Below, piece after piece: positions 28,151 to 38,206 of a stretch of 64,000 bases of DNA. The notes below the pieces were generated by a model. That model saw only the letters and a program-made list of their open reading frames with translations. It did not search any database and was not told the origin of the DNA. Position 1 is the stretch's first letter. The number at the start of each line of letters is the position of its first letter. The stretch covers positions 2,176,001 through 2,240,000 of the forward strand of contig OY970194.1 of the NCBI GenBank assembly GCA_963708075.1, in the 5' to 3' direction. The position numbers and the translations under genes were made by a program. This DNA comes from Sedimentisphaerales bacterium (lineage in GTDB: Bacteria > Planctomycetota > Phycisphaerae > Sedimentisphaerales > Anaerobacaceae).

Positions 28151-30772
28151 ATGAAATCACAGGCCAATCGAGAAGCCGCAATTCCGCGGTACAGACTTCT
28201 ATTGAGTATCTTTGCTGCCTTCTCCATGCTACGCAGTCTTGCCTGCGCTGCCTGGGGGCAGGACTTCGTGCCTTTCGTTATTCCCGCAAAAGTGAATCCG
28301 GAACAGGCAATCTGGGTCACAGACCATAGACCGATCAAGACGGACTCGGAGCGGCTGGCTGCGACTGAGCATTTCTACGACAGGGATGGGGCAGTGCGGA
28401 TCTGGGGTGTGAACCTGTGCTTCGGAGCGAACTTCCCCACGCATGAAGACGCCCCGTATGTGGCCGAGCGATTGGCGGCGGCAGGCGTCAATTCCGTGCG
28501 ATGTCACCACCTCGACACCTCCCGCTGGCCCAGCGGCATCTGGAACGCCGCCGATGGCAAAACGATCGAGCCGCAAGCTCTGGAGCGGCTCGACTATTTC
28601 ATCAATGAGCTTGCGAAGCGTGGCATCCGGGTGAACCTGAATCTGCACGTCGGACGGGCTCACAGCAAGTACCTGGGTCTGCCTGCGACGAACACCGACT
28701 ACGACAAGATCGTCGGCATCTTTACGCCGGCCCTGATCAACGCACAGAAGCAGTACGCCCGCGACCTGCTGACCCACGTCAATCCATATCGCGGGGTGCG
28801 ATACGCCGACGACCCCGCCGTCGCTTTCGTCGAGATCACCAACGAGGACAGCTTCTTCATGTGGGGCGCCGATGAGACTTTGCGGACACTCCCCCCCTAC
28901 TATGGCCAGATCCTCCGGGACAAGTTCAACGACTGGCTGAAGTCTCGCTACCGCTCCGACGAGGCAATGCGGGCCGCGTGGGCCGCTGGGACACAGCCGC
29001 TGGGGGCTGGACTGCTCCAGAATGGCACGTTCACGCAGTGGGATAACGGCCGGCCGAGGTACTGGAACCTGGAGCAACATGAGGGCTGCCAGGCCTCTCT
29101 TTCACAGCCGCGGACCCTGCGCAGCGACGCGGTACAGGTGAAGATCGGCAAGGCGGACAGTACCGAGTGGCATTTGCAGTTTAACCAGGGTGGTTTGACG
29201 GTAACGGAGGGGCAATACTACACGTTGTCCTTCGAGGCGTCGAGCGAGCAGCCGCGCAAGATTACGGCCTATGTGAGCCAGGCCCACGATCCATGGGGCA
29301 ACCTGGGCCTGAGCCGGCAGGCGGACCTCGGCACCGACTGGAAGAAGTTCAGCTTCGGATTCGTGGCGACCGCCAGCGACATCAACACGAGGGTTAGCTT
29401 CTCGTTCGGCGGTGACGCAACGACGTTCAATCTCGCCCGTGTGGAACTTCGGCCCGGCGGACAGACCGTTCTGGCAGAGGGTGAGTCTCTCGCCCTGGGC
29501 AATGTTGGCCTATTCCAGGAAAGCGAAAGCCGGCCGCGTACTCTCGACCGCATGATCTTCCTCGCCGAGACGGAGAAAGCCTACTTCGACGGCATGCGGT
29601 CTTACATCAGGAACGATCTCGGCTGCCGCGCTCTCGTCACCGGCACGATCGTCTTCGGGCCGCTCGGCTTGTACGCCCAGAGCGACATGGACTACATTGA
29701 CAGCCACGCCTACTGGCAGCATCCGAGTTTTCCCGGCCGGCCATGGGACTCGGCCAATTGGCTCATCGAGCAGAAGCCCATGACGGACTATCCGGATCAG
29801 GCGACGCTGTTCCGAATCGCCGCGGAAAGGCTGCTGGGCAAGCCCTTCACGCTCAGCGAATACAACCACCCTGCCCCGCTCGATGCACAGGCGGAATGCG
29901 TGCCGATGATCGCTTCATTCGCCGCCGCACAGGACTGGGACGGCGTCTGGCTCTTTGACTATTCAGGCTCAGCAAACGCCTGGAGCCGGCAAACCATGAG
30001 CGGCTTCTTTGACATCGACACCAACCCCGCCAAGTGGGGCTTCATGCGAGCCGGCGCCGCCATCTTCCGTGAACGGCGGGCACCACCACTGGCAACATCC
30101 CGAGGCGTGCGAATAACGCCCGGCGGCCTAACCGATGTGGCCACCCTTAGCTTGCAGTACGGCCAGGACCTCCTGCGAATTCTCAAGGCACGGGCAGGAA
30201 ATGCCACCAACGACGATATGTTGCAGTGCATTCTCATACCGTCATATGCATACAAGCCCTCGATAACAGGGTCGTTTGCACATAATCAGACAACGCTTGA
30301 CTGGTCTGTTGATGGGAATGGTCATGGCTTGTATCAGATGAAAGCCTCCTTGGTGGGAGTCTACATAGGACACGCCGGACGGTTTGACGAGGCAACCAAA
30401 GGCATTGTGCGAATTACAGGGCCGGAATTCCTGGCGATGACCATCACAGCTTTAGATCAGCGTCAGCAGATATCCATGAAGGACTGTGAGAGAATCCTTG
30501 TGACTGCCTGCGGGCGGTGTGAGAACGTCGGGATGCAGTTCTCGCCGGACCGGCGGACGGTCGGCCGCAACTGGGGAACAGCCCCGGCACAGATCGAGGC
30601 GGTTCGCGGCAGCATGGTCCTGCCGCAAGGTCAATGGACATGTCACGCGTTGGCTCCGGATGGCTCGCCGAAAGCGCTCGTGCCCATCACGTACGCAGAC
30701 GGCCAGGGCACGTTGATGCTTTCCCCCGAATACGGAACGATGTGGTACCTGCTCGAACAGAATAGGAGATAG
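28151..30772 (+). CDS. Secreted clan GH-A-like glycoside hydrolase with inserted CBM4/9-like domain
   Basis: RIWGVNL, GVNSVRCHH, VEITNEDS, DSHAYWQHP, TLSEYN; internal LLQNGTF...WHLQFNQGGL...YTLSFEA module. Confidence 0.8.
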   Translation: MKSQANREAAIPRYRLLLSIFAAFSMLRSLACAAWGQDFVPFVIPAKVNPEQAIWVTDHRPIKTDSERLAATEHFYDRDGAVRIWGVNLCFGANFPTHEDAPYVAERLAAAGVNSVRCHHLDTSRWPSGIWNAADGKTIEPQALERLDYFINELAKRGIRVNLNLHVGRAHSKYLGLPATNTDYDKIVGIFTPALINAQKQYARDLLTHVNPYRGVRYADDPAVAFVEITNEDSFFMWGADETLRTLPPYYGQILRDKFNDWLKSRYRSDEAMRAAWAAGTQPLGAGLLQNGTFTQWDNGRPRYWNLEQHEGCQASLSQPRTLRSDAVQVKIGKADSTEWHLQFNQGGLTVTEGQYYTLSFEASSEQPRKITAYVSQAHDPWGNLGLSRQADLGTDWKKFSFGFVATASDINTRVSFSFGGDATTFNLARVELRPGGQTVLAEGESLALGNVGLFQESESRPRTLDRMIFLAETEKAYFDGMRSYIRNDLGCRALVTGTIVFGPLGLYAQSDMDYIDSHAYWQHPSFPGRPWDSANWLIEQKPMTDYPDQATLFRIAAERLLGKPFTLSEYNHPAPLDAQAECVPMIASFAAAQDWDGVWLFDYSGSANAWSRQTMSGFFDIDTNPAKWGFMRAGAAIFRERRAPPLATSRGVRITPGGLTDVATLSLQYGQDLLRILKARAGNATNDDMLQCILIPSYAYKPSITGSFAHNQTTLDWSVDGNGHGLYQMKASLVGVYIGHAGRFDEATKGIVRITGPEFLAMTITALDQRQQISMKDCERILVTACGRCENVGMQFSPDRRTVGRNWGTAPAQIEAVRGSMVLPQGQWTCHALAPDGSPKALVPITYADGQGTLMLSPEYGTMWYLLEQNRR

Positions 30773-30776
30773 TCTG

Positions 30777-32865
30777 ATGAGAGACGATCCTTGGAAGACC
30801 CTCGGCGTCATGATTCTGATTCTTGTCACAGGAGCATATGTGACCTCTGCCCAGAACGACGCTGCGTCACAGATCCTCTTCGACTTCGGGCCCGGTTTCA
30901 ACATGAGCGCCGTTGAGACCAGCGATGCAAAGGCCACGATCACGGAGGCAGGGACACTGCGCATTGAAACGGGGCGGCAAGCGCAGTGGCCTGGGGTCAC
31001 ACTCAAGGCGCCGCAGGGCAAGTGGGACCTGTCGGCGTGCGAGTATATCTCGCTGGATGTCATGAATCGCGGCGGGAGCAAGGTGACCGTCCAGTGCCGT
31101 GTCGACAATCCGGGGGCCGACGGGACGAAGAATTGCGTGACGGACCAGGTTTCCGTGGACCCGGGGGCCTCGCAGACGCTGAGAGTTCGGGTCCTTCCCG
31201 TCCCCTGGAAGCTCGAGAAGCCCGTGGAACTCGTGGGTATGCGGGCGAACCCCGTCCATGCGGGCAAGATCGATACCGCCAATGTCACTCAACTGCTCGT
31301 CTTCGTGAGTCAATCGAAAGAGAACCACGTCTTTGAGATCGACAACGTGCGTGCGGGAGGCCGGGTGCAGGTCCTGGAGGCGGCGGCATTCCTGCCGTTC
31401 ATCGATGAGTTCGGGCAGTACGTACACAAGGACTGGCCGGGCAAGACGCACTCCCTGGAGGAACTGGTCGCGCACGGGCGGACGGAGGAAACGGACCTGC
31501 GGGCCAACGCACGGCCGCAGAGCTGGGATAAGTACGGCGGCTGGACCGGTGGGCCAGACTCCGGGGCTCGGGATTTTTCCGGGTCGAGAAGTACCGGGAC
31601 AAGTGGTGGCTCGTCGACCCGACGGGCCGGTTGTTCTGGTCGCACGGGATCGACTGCGTCCGCGGCGGCAACTCGACGCCGATCACCGGCCGCGAACAAT
31701 ATTTCCGCAGCCTGCCTGGCCAGGATTCGCCGTTCGCCAAGTTCTATGGCACAGCCAATTGGGCGCCTGTCGGCTACTACAAGGATCACTTGCCGTACAA
31801 GACCTACGACATCGGCCGGGCCAATCTCCTGCGCAAGTACGGCGAGGATTTCGACCAGGCGTTTGCGGATATCACGCACCGTCGGTTCGAGAGCTGGGGC
31901 GTCAACACGATCGCCAACTGGTCGGATGAGCAGGTCTACCTGATGCGCCGCACGCCCTACGTCGGGACGATCAGCTTCGAGGCGAAGAAACTCGAAGGGT
32001 CCGAGGGGTACTGGGGCAAGTTCTACGACGTCTTCGACCCGAGCTTTGAAGAAGAGCTGCGGGAGCGACTCGAACGTGAAAAAGGCCGGACGGCGGATGA
32101 CCCCTGGTGCATCGGCTACTTTGTCCACAACGAGCTGTCGTGGGGTGACGACATTTCGCTGGCAGTAGCGGCGCTCGTTTCGCCGCCGGAGCAGCCCGCC
32201 AAGAAGGTGTTCATCGGCGACCTGAAGGCAAAGTACGATGCCATCGAGAAGCTCAACGCCGCGTGGGGGACCTCGCATGCCTCGTGGGAGACCCTGCAGC
32301 AGAGCCAGCAAGCCCCGGATAAGAACAAGGCCAGAGAGGACCTGGAAGCGTTCTACACGAAGACGGCCGAGACGTACTTCAGCACGATCCGCCGGGAGCT
32401 TAAGAAGGCCGCGCCCAGCAGCTCTACATGGGCTGCCGGTTCGCCTGGGTCAATGACCGGGCGGCGCGGGCAGCCATCAAGTTCTGCGATGTCGTGAGCT
32501 ACAACCGCTACGATTACAGCGTCGAGAACCTCAAGCTGCCGGACAATGCGGATCTGCCCGTGATCATCGGGGAATTCCACTTCGGGGCGCTCGACCGCGG
32601 CATGTTCCACACGGGTCTTCGCAGCACGGAGAATCAGCAGGACCGGGCCGACAAATACACCGCCTATGTGCGCGGCGCCCTGCGGAATCGCGCCATCATC
32701 GGGACTCACTGGTTCCAGTACGTGGACCAGCCGACCACCGGCCGCGGCGACGGCGAGAACTACCAGATCGGCTTCCTCGACATCTGCGACAATCCGTATC
32801 CCGAGATCGTCCGGGCCGCCCGCGCCATCGGCCGCGACATGTACAATTACCGCGGCGAAAATTAA
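30777..32865 (+). CDS. GH50 beta-agarase-like glycoside hydrolase; frameshifts near 31556 and 32414
   Basis: FIDEFGQY...WPGK, (GFFRVEK)..WWLVDP.G.LFWSHG, WGVNTIANWS, IGYFVHNELSWG, IIGEFHFGALDRG, HWFQYVDQP, DGENYQIG, spread over three frames. Confidence 0.85.
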
Positions 32866-32870
32866 AGACA

Positions 32871-32903
32871 ACAGGGCTGCAGGCGTCCTGCCCGCAGCCC
32901 TGT
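32871..32903. terminator. Hairpin between convergent genes
   Basis: ACAGGGCTGC / GCAGCCCTGT stem. Confidence 0.6.
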
Positions 32904-32975
32904 CAGGCTACCACAGTTTCTCCAACCACCTGCGACCCCCGCGATCACCGGGACGCAAGCCATCTAGAGTCCGTC

Positions 32976-34187
32976 TTATTCCGGGACGATGATGATCTCG
33001 TCCACCCCGATGATTGACAGGCCGCCGTAGGTCGCGCCGTTGATGGTTCCGTATCCACCCGACAACTGATCCAGAATCAGGTTTTCAGTCTCCACGTGCA
33101 GAACGAGATCGATCCACCCGTCGCTATTGACATCCTGGCCGCTGGCCATGTATCGGTTGCCCTTGCCTCGCACGGCCACTCCAGCGCCGCCCAAACTCAC
33201 CGTCTCGGGGTCCACTGTCAAGGCATCAAAGCTGGCCGTTGAGAGGATCGCCACAGGCACCACACCGTTCGAGCCGAGATTGACGCTATTCGGATAACTC
33301 CCCGGCTTGATGTCGAGTGTGACCCACACGCCACTGACGGTGACAGTCACCAGCCCCGTGGCCGTGGCCTGACCGTCGCTCACAGTATATGTGAACGTAT
33401 CGGTCCCGCTGAATCCCGAGTTCGGTGTGTACGTCACCACAGTCCCGTTCAGTGCCGCCGTGCCGTGACTGGCCGACCCAACCGTAACAGTCAATGGGTC
33501 ACCGTCGGCATCATACGCACTCGCCAGCACATTGACTGTGACCGCCTGACCGACGTCCGTACCCACCGTGATGTCGCCGGCCACTGGAGCGGAGTTCGCG
33601 AGTTCGAACTGGAAATTGGGAGCTAGGAACGTGTTCGAGGTAGGAGGCTCCTCCACCGGTACCGGCATCCCTTGCCCCGTGCACCACAAGTCCAATCGGA
33701 CCGGGGTGATCAAGGTACTAAACGAGTGTTCGGGGGCATATTGTATGTCGTTATCCCACCAATTGGTGTACAACCCTCGGGTCCAGTAGGCGGCAATCAC
33801 GTAGGTCTGGCCCGCTGTAAGCCGGACGTTTTGCTCGCTGACATCAACGTACGTGTAGCCGTTCTCTCGCACAAGAAGCGGGTCCCTCCACCCTGCGCTG
33901 ATATAGCCGATTACTGTGCCGGAGACCAGCGGCGTACCGCTGCTATTGTAGATCGTGATGGAATGATCATACATCAGCAAGGAAGTGCCTATCCGGAAGA
34001 CATTCCCCAGCTTCGTGACGACGATGTCCTGTGTCGGCGTAAACGACCATCCGGTACTCTTCTCGTAGTAGCTTATGCTGGTCGTAACGGACGCCACGTC
34101 AAGGGCCGTCTCCGCAAACGCGGGGCCCGCAGATCCTGCGAGCACGACCAAAGAAATCACCACCAGCATTCCCACTTTTGTTCTCAT
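32976..34187 (-). CDS. Secreted protein with beta-sandwich N-domain, Ig-like (Big_9/cadherin-like) domain and C-terminal DIKPG..PN domain
   Basis: Signal peptide; GWSFTPTQDIVVTKLG; DADGDPLTV...YTPNSGFSGTDTFTYTVSDG; LDIKPGSYPNSVN...DVNSDGWIDLVLH. Confidence 0.8.
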   Translation of the reverse strand: MRTKVGMLVVISLVVLAGSAGPAFAETALDVASVTTSISYYEKSTGWSFTPTQDIVVTKLGNVFRIGTSLLMYDHSITIYNSSGTPLVSGTVIGYISAGWRDPLLVRENGYTYVDVSEQNVRLTAGQTYVIAAYWTRGLYTNWWDNDIQYAPEHSFSTLITPVRLDLWCTGQGMPVPVEEPPTSNTFLAPNFQFELANSAPVAGDITVGTDVGQAVTVNVLASAYDADGDPLTVTVGSASHGTAALNGTVVTYTPNSGFSGTDTFTYTVSDGQATATGLVTVTVSGVWVTLDIKPGSYPNSVNLGSNGVVPVAILSTASFDALTVDPETVSLGGAGVAVRGKGNRYMASGQDVNSDGWIDLVLHVETENLILDQLSGGYGTINGATYGGLSIIGVDEIIIVPE

Positions 34188-34414
34188 AGTACTCTCTCCT
34201 GCCATCATCTGCCCCAGAATTGTTATTTACGGATTGGCTCGAAAACTCTTCGGAAGCCTCTCTAAGGTGGCCATTCCAATGCAGAGGTGCCTACGGGGGT
34301 CGCGGGCGCACATTTAGCAGCGGCTTGTCACACATACACCTTCTCCTGGACCTGCAAATCTCTGAGGGACGCGTCCGATGTGAACCCTCATCCTCATGGC
34401 GATTACCGGATTCC

Positions 34415-34442
34415 AGTATATGCTTCACAACTGATTTGTCAA
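34415..34442 (-). promoter_or_regulatory. Sigma70-type promoter
   Basis: TTGACA-16 nt-TATACT. Confidence 0.6.
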
Positions 34443-34516
34443 AGATTATCGGTCTGAGGGGGAAGAATTCTTGAAGGAAAGTCCAGATTGGAGTGACTAC
34501 GAATACAGATTGAAGA

Positions 34517-35410
34517 TTATTTAGCGGACCTGTATTTCTTGACAAAGCCGGCGGGCCGGTAGCTTTCCTTGGCCTGGCGAAGTCCCGGATCGCCCAGGTC
34601 CTGCTCCCGGTTGATCAATTCGTATTTCTCGGGCAGGACAGAGACGAAGGCCTGGTTGACGTATTGGTAAATGCCTTTGAACTGCTTGTCATCGACGGCC
34701 TTTTCAAAATGGGTCACCCACATGCTGCCCTGGGCCAGTTCCTCGCCCAGTGAATACGCTGCCGGCTCATCGTTGACGTAGAAGATACCGCCGCAGAGCT
34801 GGAGTTCCTCCATTTTCTCAAGGGCCTCGCGGGCTGCTTCGTAGTCCCCTGCCTCCTCCTGCTGCTGCCTCCATGTGTCGAGGATTCTCAGTGCGTCACC
34901 GGCATATTCCGGGAGAAGCGGCTTGGCCGTGCAGGCATTACTGCGCAGGAAGGCATTCACGAGGTTCTTCTTCCTGTGAAACTTGCGGCCTGACAGGCTT
35001 GCCAGGTCCTCGCGGCGATACAGGTAATCGAAGTTGTCACGATCCTCCCAGACGCGGTAGCCCATCCCGGCAAGCTGCCGGGCCTGGGCCGGCGAGCAGC
35101 ATTTCGAGACGCGGTACCGGTCAAAAAGCTCATCGAGCACCTGGCGCCCGGGCAAGCCAAACGGCAGAATGAAGAACAGCTCGGCATCTTCGCCAACAAT
35201 CAGGAGAAGGTTCCCCTCAAGCTGCGCCAGCCGGTATTGGTGCACATGGCGGAACAAGTAGATGTTTGCGAAGGTAAGCTCCGACATTCCCTCCGGCAAC
35301 TCGTGAAATCGAGGATGCAACACAGGACGCTGCTCCAATGTGACCTCGGACAAGTCAACGTACTCTGCTATTGCCATATTCCCGTCCTTCGCTGCATGAC
35401 CCGATTCCAT
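34517..35410 (-). CDS. DUF2156 / lysyl-phosphatidylglycerol synthase C-terminal-like protein
   Basis: SELTFAN, DRDNFDYLY, LSGRKFHRKKN, HFEKA, INREQDLGDPGLRQAKESYRP. Confidence 0.88.
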   Translation of the reverse strand: MESGHAAKDGNMAIAEYVDLSEVTLEQRPVLHPRFHELPEGMSELTFANIYLFRHVHQYRLAQLEGNLLLIVGEDAELFFILPFGLPGRQVLDELFDRYRVSKCCSPAQARQLAGMGYRVWEDRDNFDYLYRREDLASLSGRKFHRKKNLVNAFLRSNACTAKPLLPEYAGDALRILDTWRQQQEEAGDYEAAREALEKMEELQLCGGIFYVNDEPAAYSLGEELAQGSMWVTHFEKAVDDKQFKGIYQYVNQAFVSVLPEKYELINREQDLGDPGLRQAKESYRPAGFVKKYRSAK

Positions 35411-35468
35411 CGCAATTCCTCCATCACGGCGACTCCACATGGAATCTTCAACGTGTTTATACGCTCTG

Positions 35469-35497
35469 TTGACCGCTACGGTCGGGCAAACTATAAT
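35469..35497 (+). promoter_or_regulatory. Sigma70-type promoter of sppA
   Basis: TTGACC-17 nt-TATAAT. Confidence 0.75.
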
Positions 35498-35524
35498 AAG
35501 TCCGTTCTTTTCAAGGAGTTGCAG

Positions 35525-36613
35525 ATGGATTCTGACCAGACCAACAACCCGTCGGAGCCGTTCGGCTCACCGCAAGGGCCGGGAAGCCCGCCGGAGCCAC
35601 CAGCCAGACCCCCGTACACCCCCCCGCCGTACGCACCGCCGCCTCCACGATCAGGAGTCAGCGGCTGGCGGATTCTCTGGGGCTTCTTCTTCGCCCTGTC
35701 CGTGCTGGCCAACGTCGGCCTTTTCCTCCTTTTGCTCGGTCTCGTAGCCGTATTCGCAACCCGGCAAACGAGACTGTATGAGGAGACCGTAGTTCGGGAT
35801 GGACCGGCGGACGCCAAGATCGTGATGATCAACATCGAAGGGCTGATGTACGATGAGCAGGCCGAGAGCGTCTATCGGCAACTGCAGTCGGCCCGCAGTG
35901 ACCGAAGCGTCAAAGGCCTGATCGTGCGGGTGAATTCCCCGGGCGGGACAATTTCCGCCAGCGACCAGGTATATCAGCAGATCCGCAAGTATCGCCGCGA
36001 CAACGGAAAGCCGGTGATTGCCTTCATGCAGAGCACCGCGGCTTCCGGCGGCTACTATGCCTCCGTGGCATGTGACGAGATCATCGCCGAGCCGACCGCT
36101 ATCACTGGTTCCATCGGCGTGCTCATGGGCCACTTCGTCTTCGGAGAGCTGCTCAAGGACAAGCTGGGGATTCTGCCGGTTTTCCTGACCATGGGCGAGA
36201 AGAAGGACTGGCCCAGCTCCTTCCGGCCCCCCACCGACCAGGAGTTGCAGTACGTCCGCGAACGTCTGCTGAAGCCCGCCTATGACCGTTTCGTCGAGGT
36301 CGTTCAGGAAGGGCGAGCGAAGGTGCTCTCGCCCGATCAGGCAAAGGCCCTGGCGGATGGAAGCATCTACGTGGCGCCGCAGGCGCTGGAGGTGGGACTC
36401 ATCGACAAGGTCGGGTACCTGGATGACGCGATCGATCTGGTGAAATCGCGGGCGGGCATTCAACGAGCCAAGGTGGTGGAGTATCGCCGGCCGTTCACCT
36501 GGTCCAACCTGTTGGGCGTGCAGCAGCAGGGTAAGGCCGCGTTCAAACTGGATCGCACCACGTTGTATGAACTCAGCACGCCGGAGGTCCTGTATCTCTG
36601 GGGCGCAAAATAA
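35525..36613 (+). CDS. sppA: Signal peptide peptidase SppA (short type)
   Basis: VNSPGG, AASGGYY, TGSIGV, GLIDKVG; N-terminal TM. Confidence 0.93.
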   Translation: MDSDQTNNPSEPFGSPQGPGSPPEPPARPPYTPPPYAPPPPRSGVSGWRILWGFFFALSVLANVGLFLLLLGLVAVFATRQTRLYEETVVRDGPADAKIVMINIEGLMYDEQAESVYRQLQSARSDRSVKGLIVRVNSPGGTISASDQVYQQIRKYRRDNGKPVIAFMQSTAASGGYYASVACDEIIAEPTAITGSIGVLMGHFVFGELLKDKLGILPVFLTMGEKKDWPSSFRPPTDQELQYVRERLLKPAYDRFVEVVQEGRAKVLSPDQAKALADGSIYVAPQALEVGLIDKVGYLDDAIDLVKSRAGIQRAKVVEYRRPFTWSNLLGVQQQGKAAFKLDRTTLYELSTPEVLYLWGAK

Positions 36614-36681
36614 TTTACGATTTATGATTTACGGTTCTTCCTTCAGCCGGCGTCCAAATCGTAAATCGAAAATCGTAAATC
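36613..36681. repeat. Inverted heptamer arrays (ATTTACG)n / (AAATCGT)n
   Basis: Left arm 36613-36633; right arm 36656-36681 abuts the next RBS. Confidence 0.88.
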
Positions 36682-36694
36682 CGGGAGGCATCGT

Positions 36695-38192
36695 ATGACA
36701 CGTGGATGTGGCCGCTCACCAGCAGCGACAGCCGGGATTCTCACTGCTATCGTCCTCGCATCGATCGTCGGCGGAGGATGTTCCTCCTCGAAGACACCGA
36801 AGATGCAACTGATTGGTGCGGACCCGAATGGCAAGGGCTTCATCGAGAGCAAGTCGAAACAGCCGTTTGTGCCCTTTGGCACGAACTACTACGACCCGAA
36901 CACGGGCTGGCCGCCGAAAGTGTGGCAGCAGTTCGATGTTGAGCGAGTGACGTACGAGTTCAACATCATGAACAAGCTCGGCGTGAACTGTGCCCGCGTC
37001 TTCCTGGCGGCTGCCACCTTCCAGCCGGACATCGGCACGATAAATCCCGGAGCCCTCTCGAAGCTCGACACGCTGATCAAAATTGCGCAACGCGAGAGTG
37101 CGGCTCATCTTGACCGGACCCGACCATTGGGAAGGCTCCCCCGAGTACTGGAAGCCGGATCGGTATGCCGGTGAGGACGCGATGAAAGCGCTGGACAATT
37201 TCTGGCGCGTTGTGGGCCGTCGCTATCGTGGCGAGCCTGCGATCCTGGCCTGGGACCTTCTGAATGAGCCTGAGATGCCGTGGTCCGTCGACGCCTGGGC
37301 GCCGCGATGGAATGCGTGGCTAGAGGCGAAGTACACGAATCGGGAAGGTCTCAAAGCTGCATGGGGCAACGAGCTCGGCGACGAGCAACTGGGGGCGATC
37401 AAAGCCCCCGAGAACGAGGCAAAGCAGGGCAACCCGCGTCTTCTCGACTGGCAGTTGTTCCGGGAGCATTTGGCCGATGAGTGGGTGCGACGGCAGGCGG
37501 AGGTGCTCCGCAAGGCCGATCCAACGCACATGATCACCGTAGGCTATATCCAGTGGTCGTACCCCGTGGTCCGTCCCGGCGATCCGGGCCTGTACTCCGC
37601 GTTCAACCCCCACAGGCAAAAGCAGTGGCTCGACTTCATCTCCGTTCACTTCTACCCACTGATGGGCCAGCCGTTCGATTCCAAAGACAGTTGGCAGAAG
37701 AATCTGGCCTACCTGCAGACCATGCTGGCATACTGCCAGACGGACCGACCGCTTGTGCTCGGCGAGTATGGCTGGTACGGCGGCGGCGCTGCCCCGGGCC
37801 GGGCGTACCTCGATGAACATCAGCAAGCCCACTGGATCGTGGCTGAGATCGAGGCATCGCGGCGACTGGTGCAGGGCTGGCTGTCATGGCCCTTTGCCGA
37901 TACGCCGGAAGCGACGGATATGAGCGCCTACGGCGGAATGGCCAAGACGAATATGGGGTACAAGGTCTGGGGCTGGTGGTTCCGGGCCTATGCAGCCGCG
38001 CTGTCTGCATTGCCCCAACCCACGCCTCCCTTGCCTTCATTCGATGCCGTGCCGTCCTTGACTACACCCGTGAACGATTTGCCTGCCATGTTCGAACAAC
38101 ATGCGGAACGGGTACAAGCGGCGCTGCGCCAGGCCGGACCGCTCCCGCAAATGCCCGCGCCGAAGCTCGGGGTAATTAAGCCGAACGAGTGA
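36695..38192 (+). CDS. GH5-like glycoside hydrolase, probable lipoprotein; frameshift near 37087
   Basis: Signal ending GGGC; FVPFGTNYY, LGVNCARVF, AWDLLNEP, DFISVHFYP, LVLGEYG. Confidence 0.82.
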
Positions 38193-38206
38193 CGTCAGGG
38201 CCGGCC

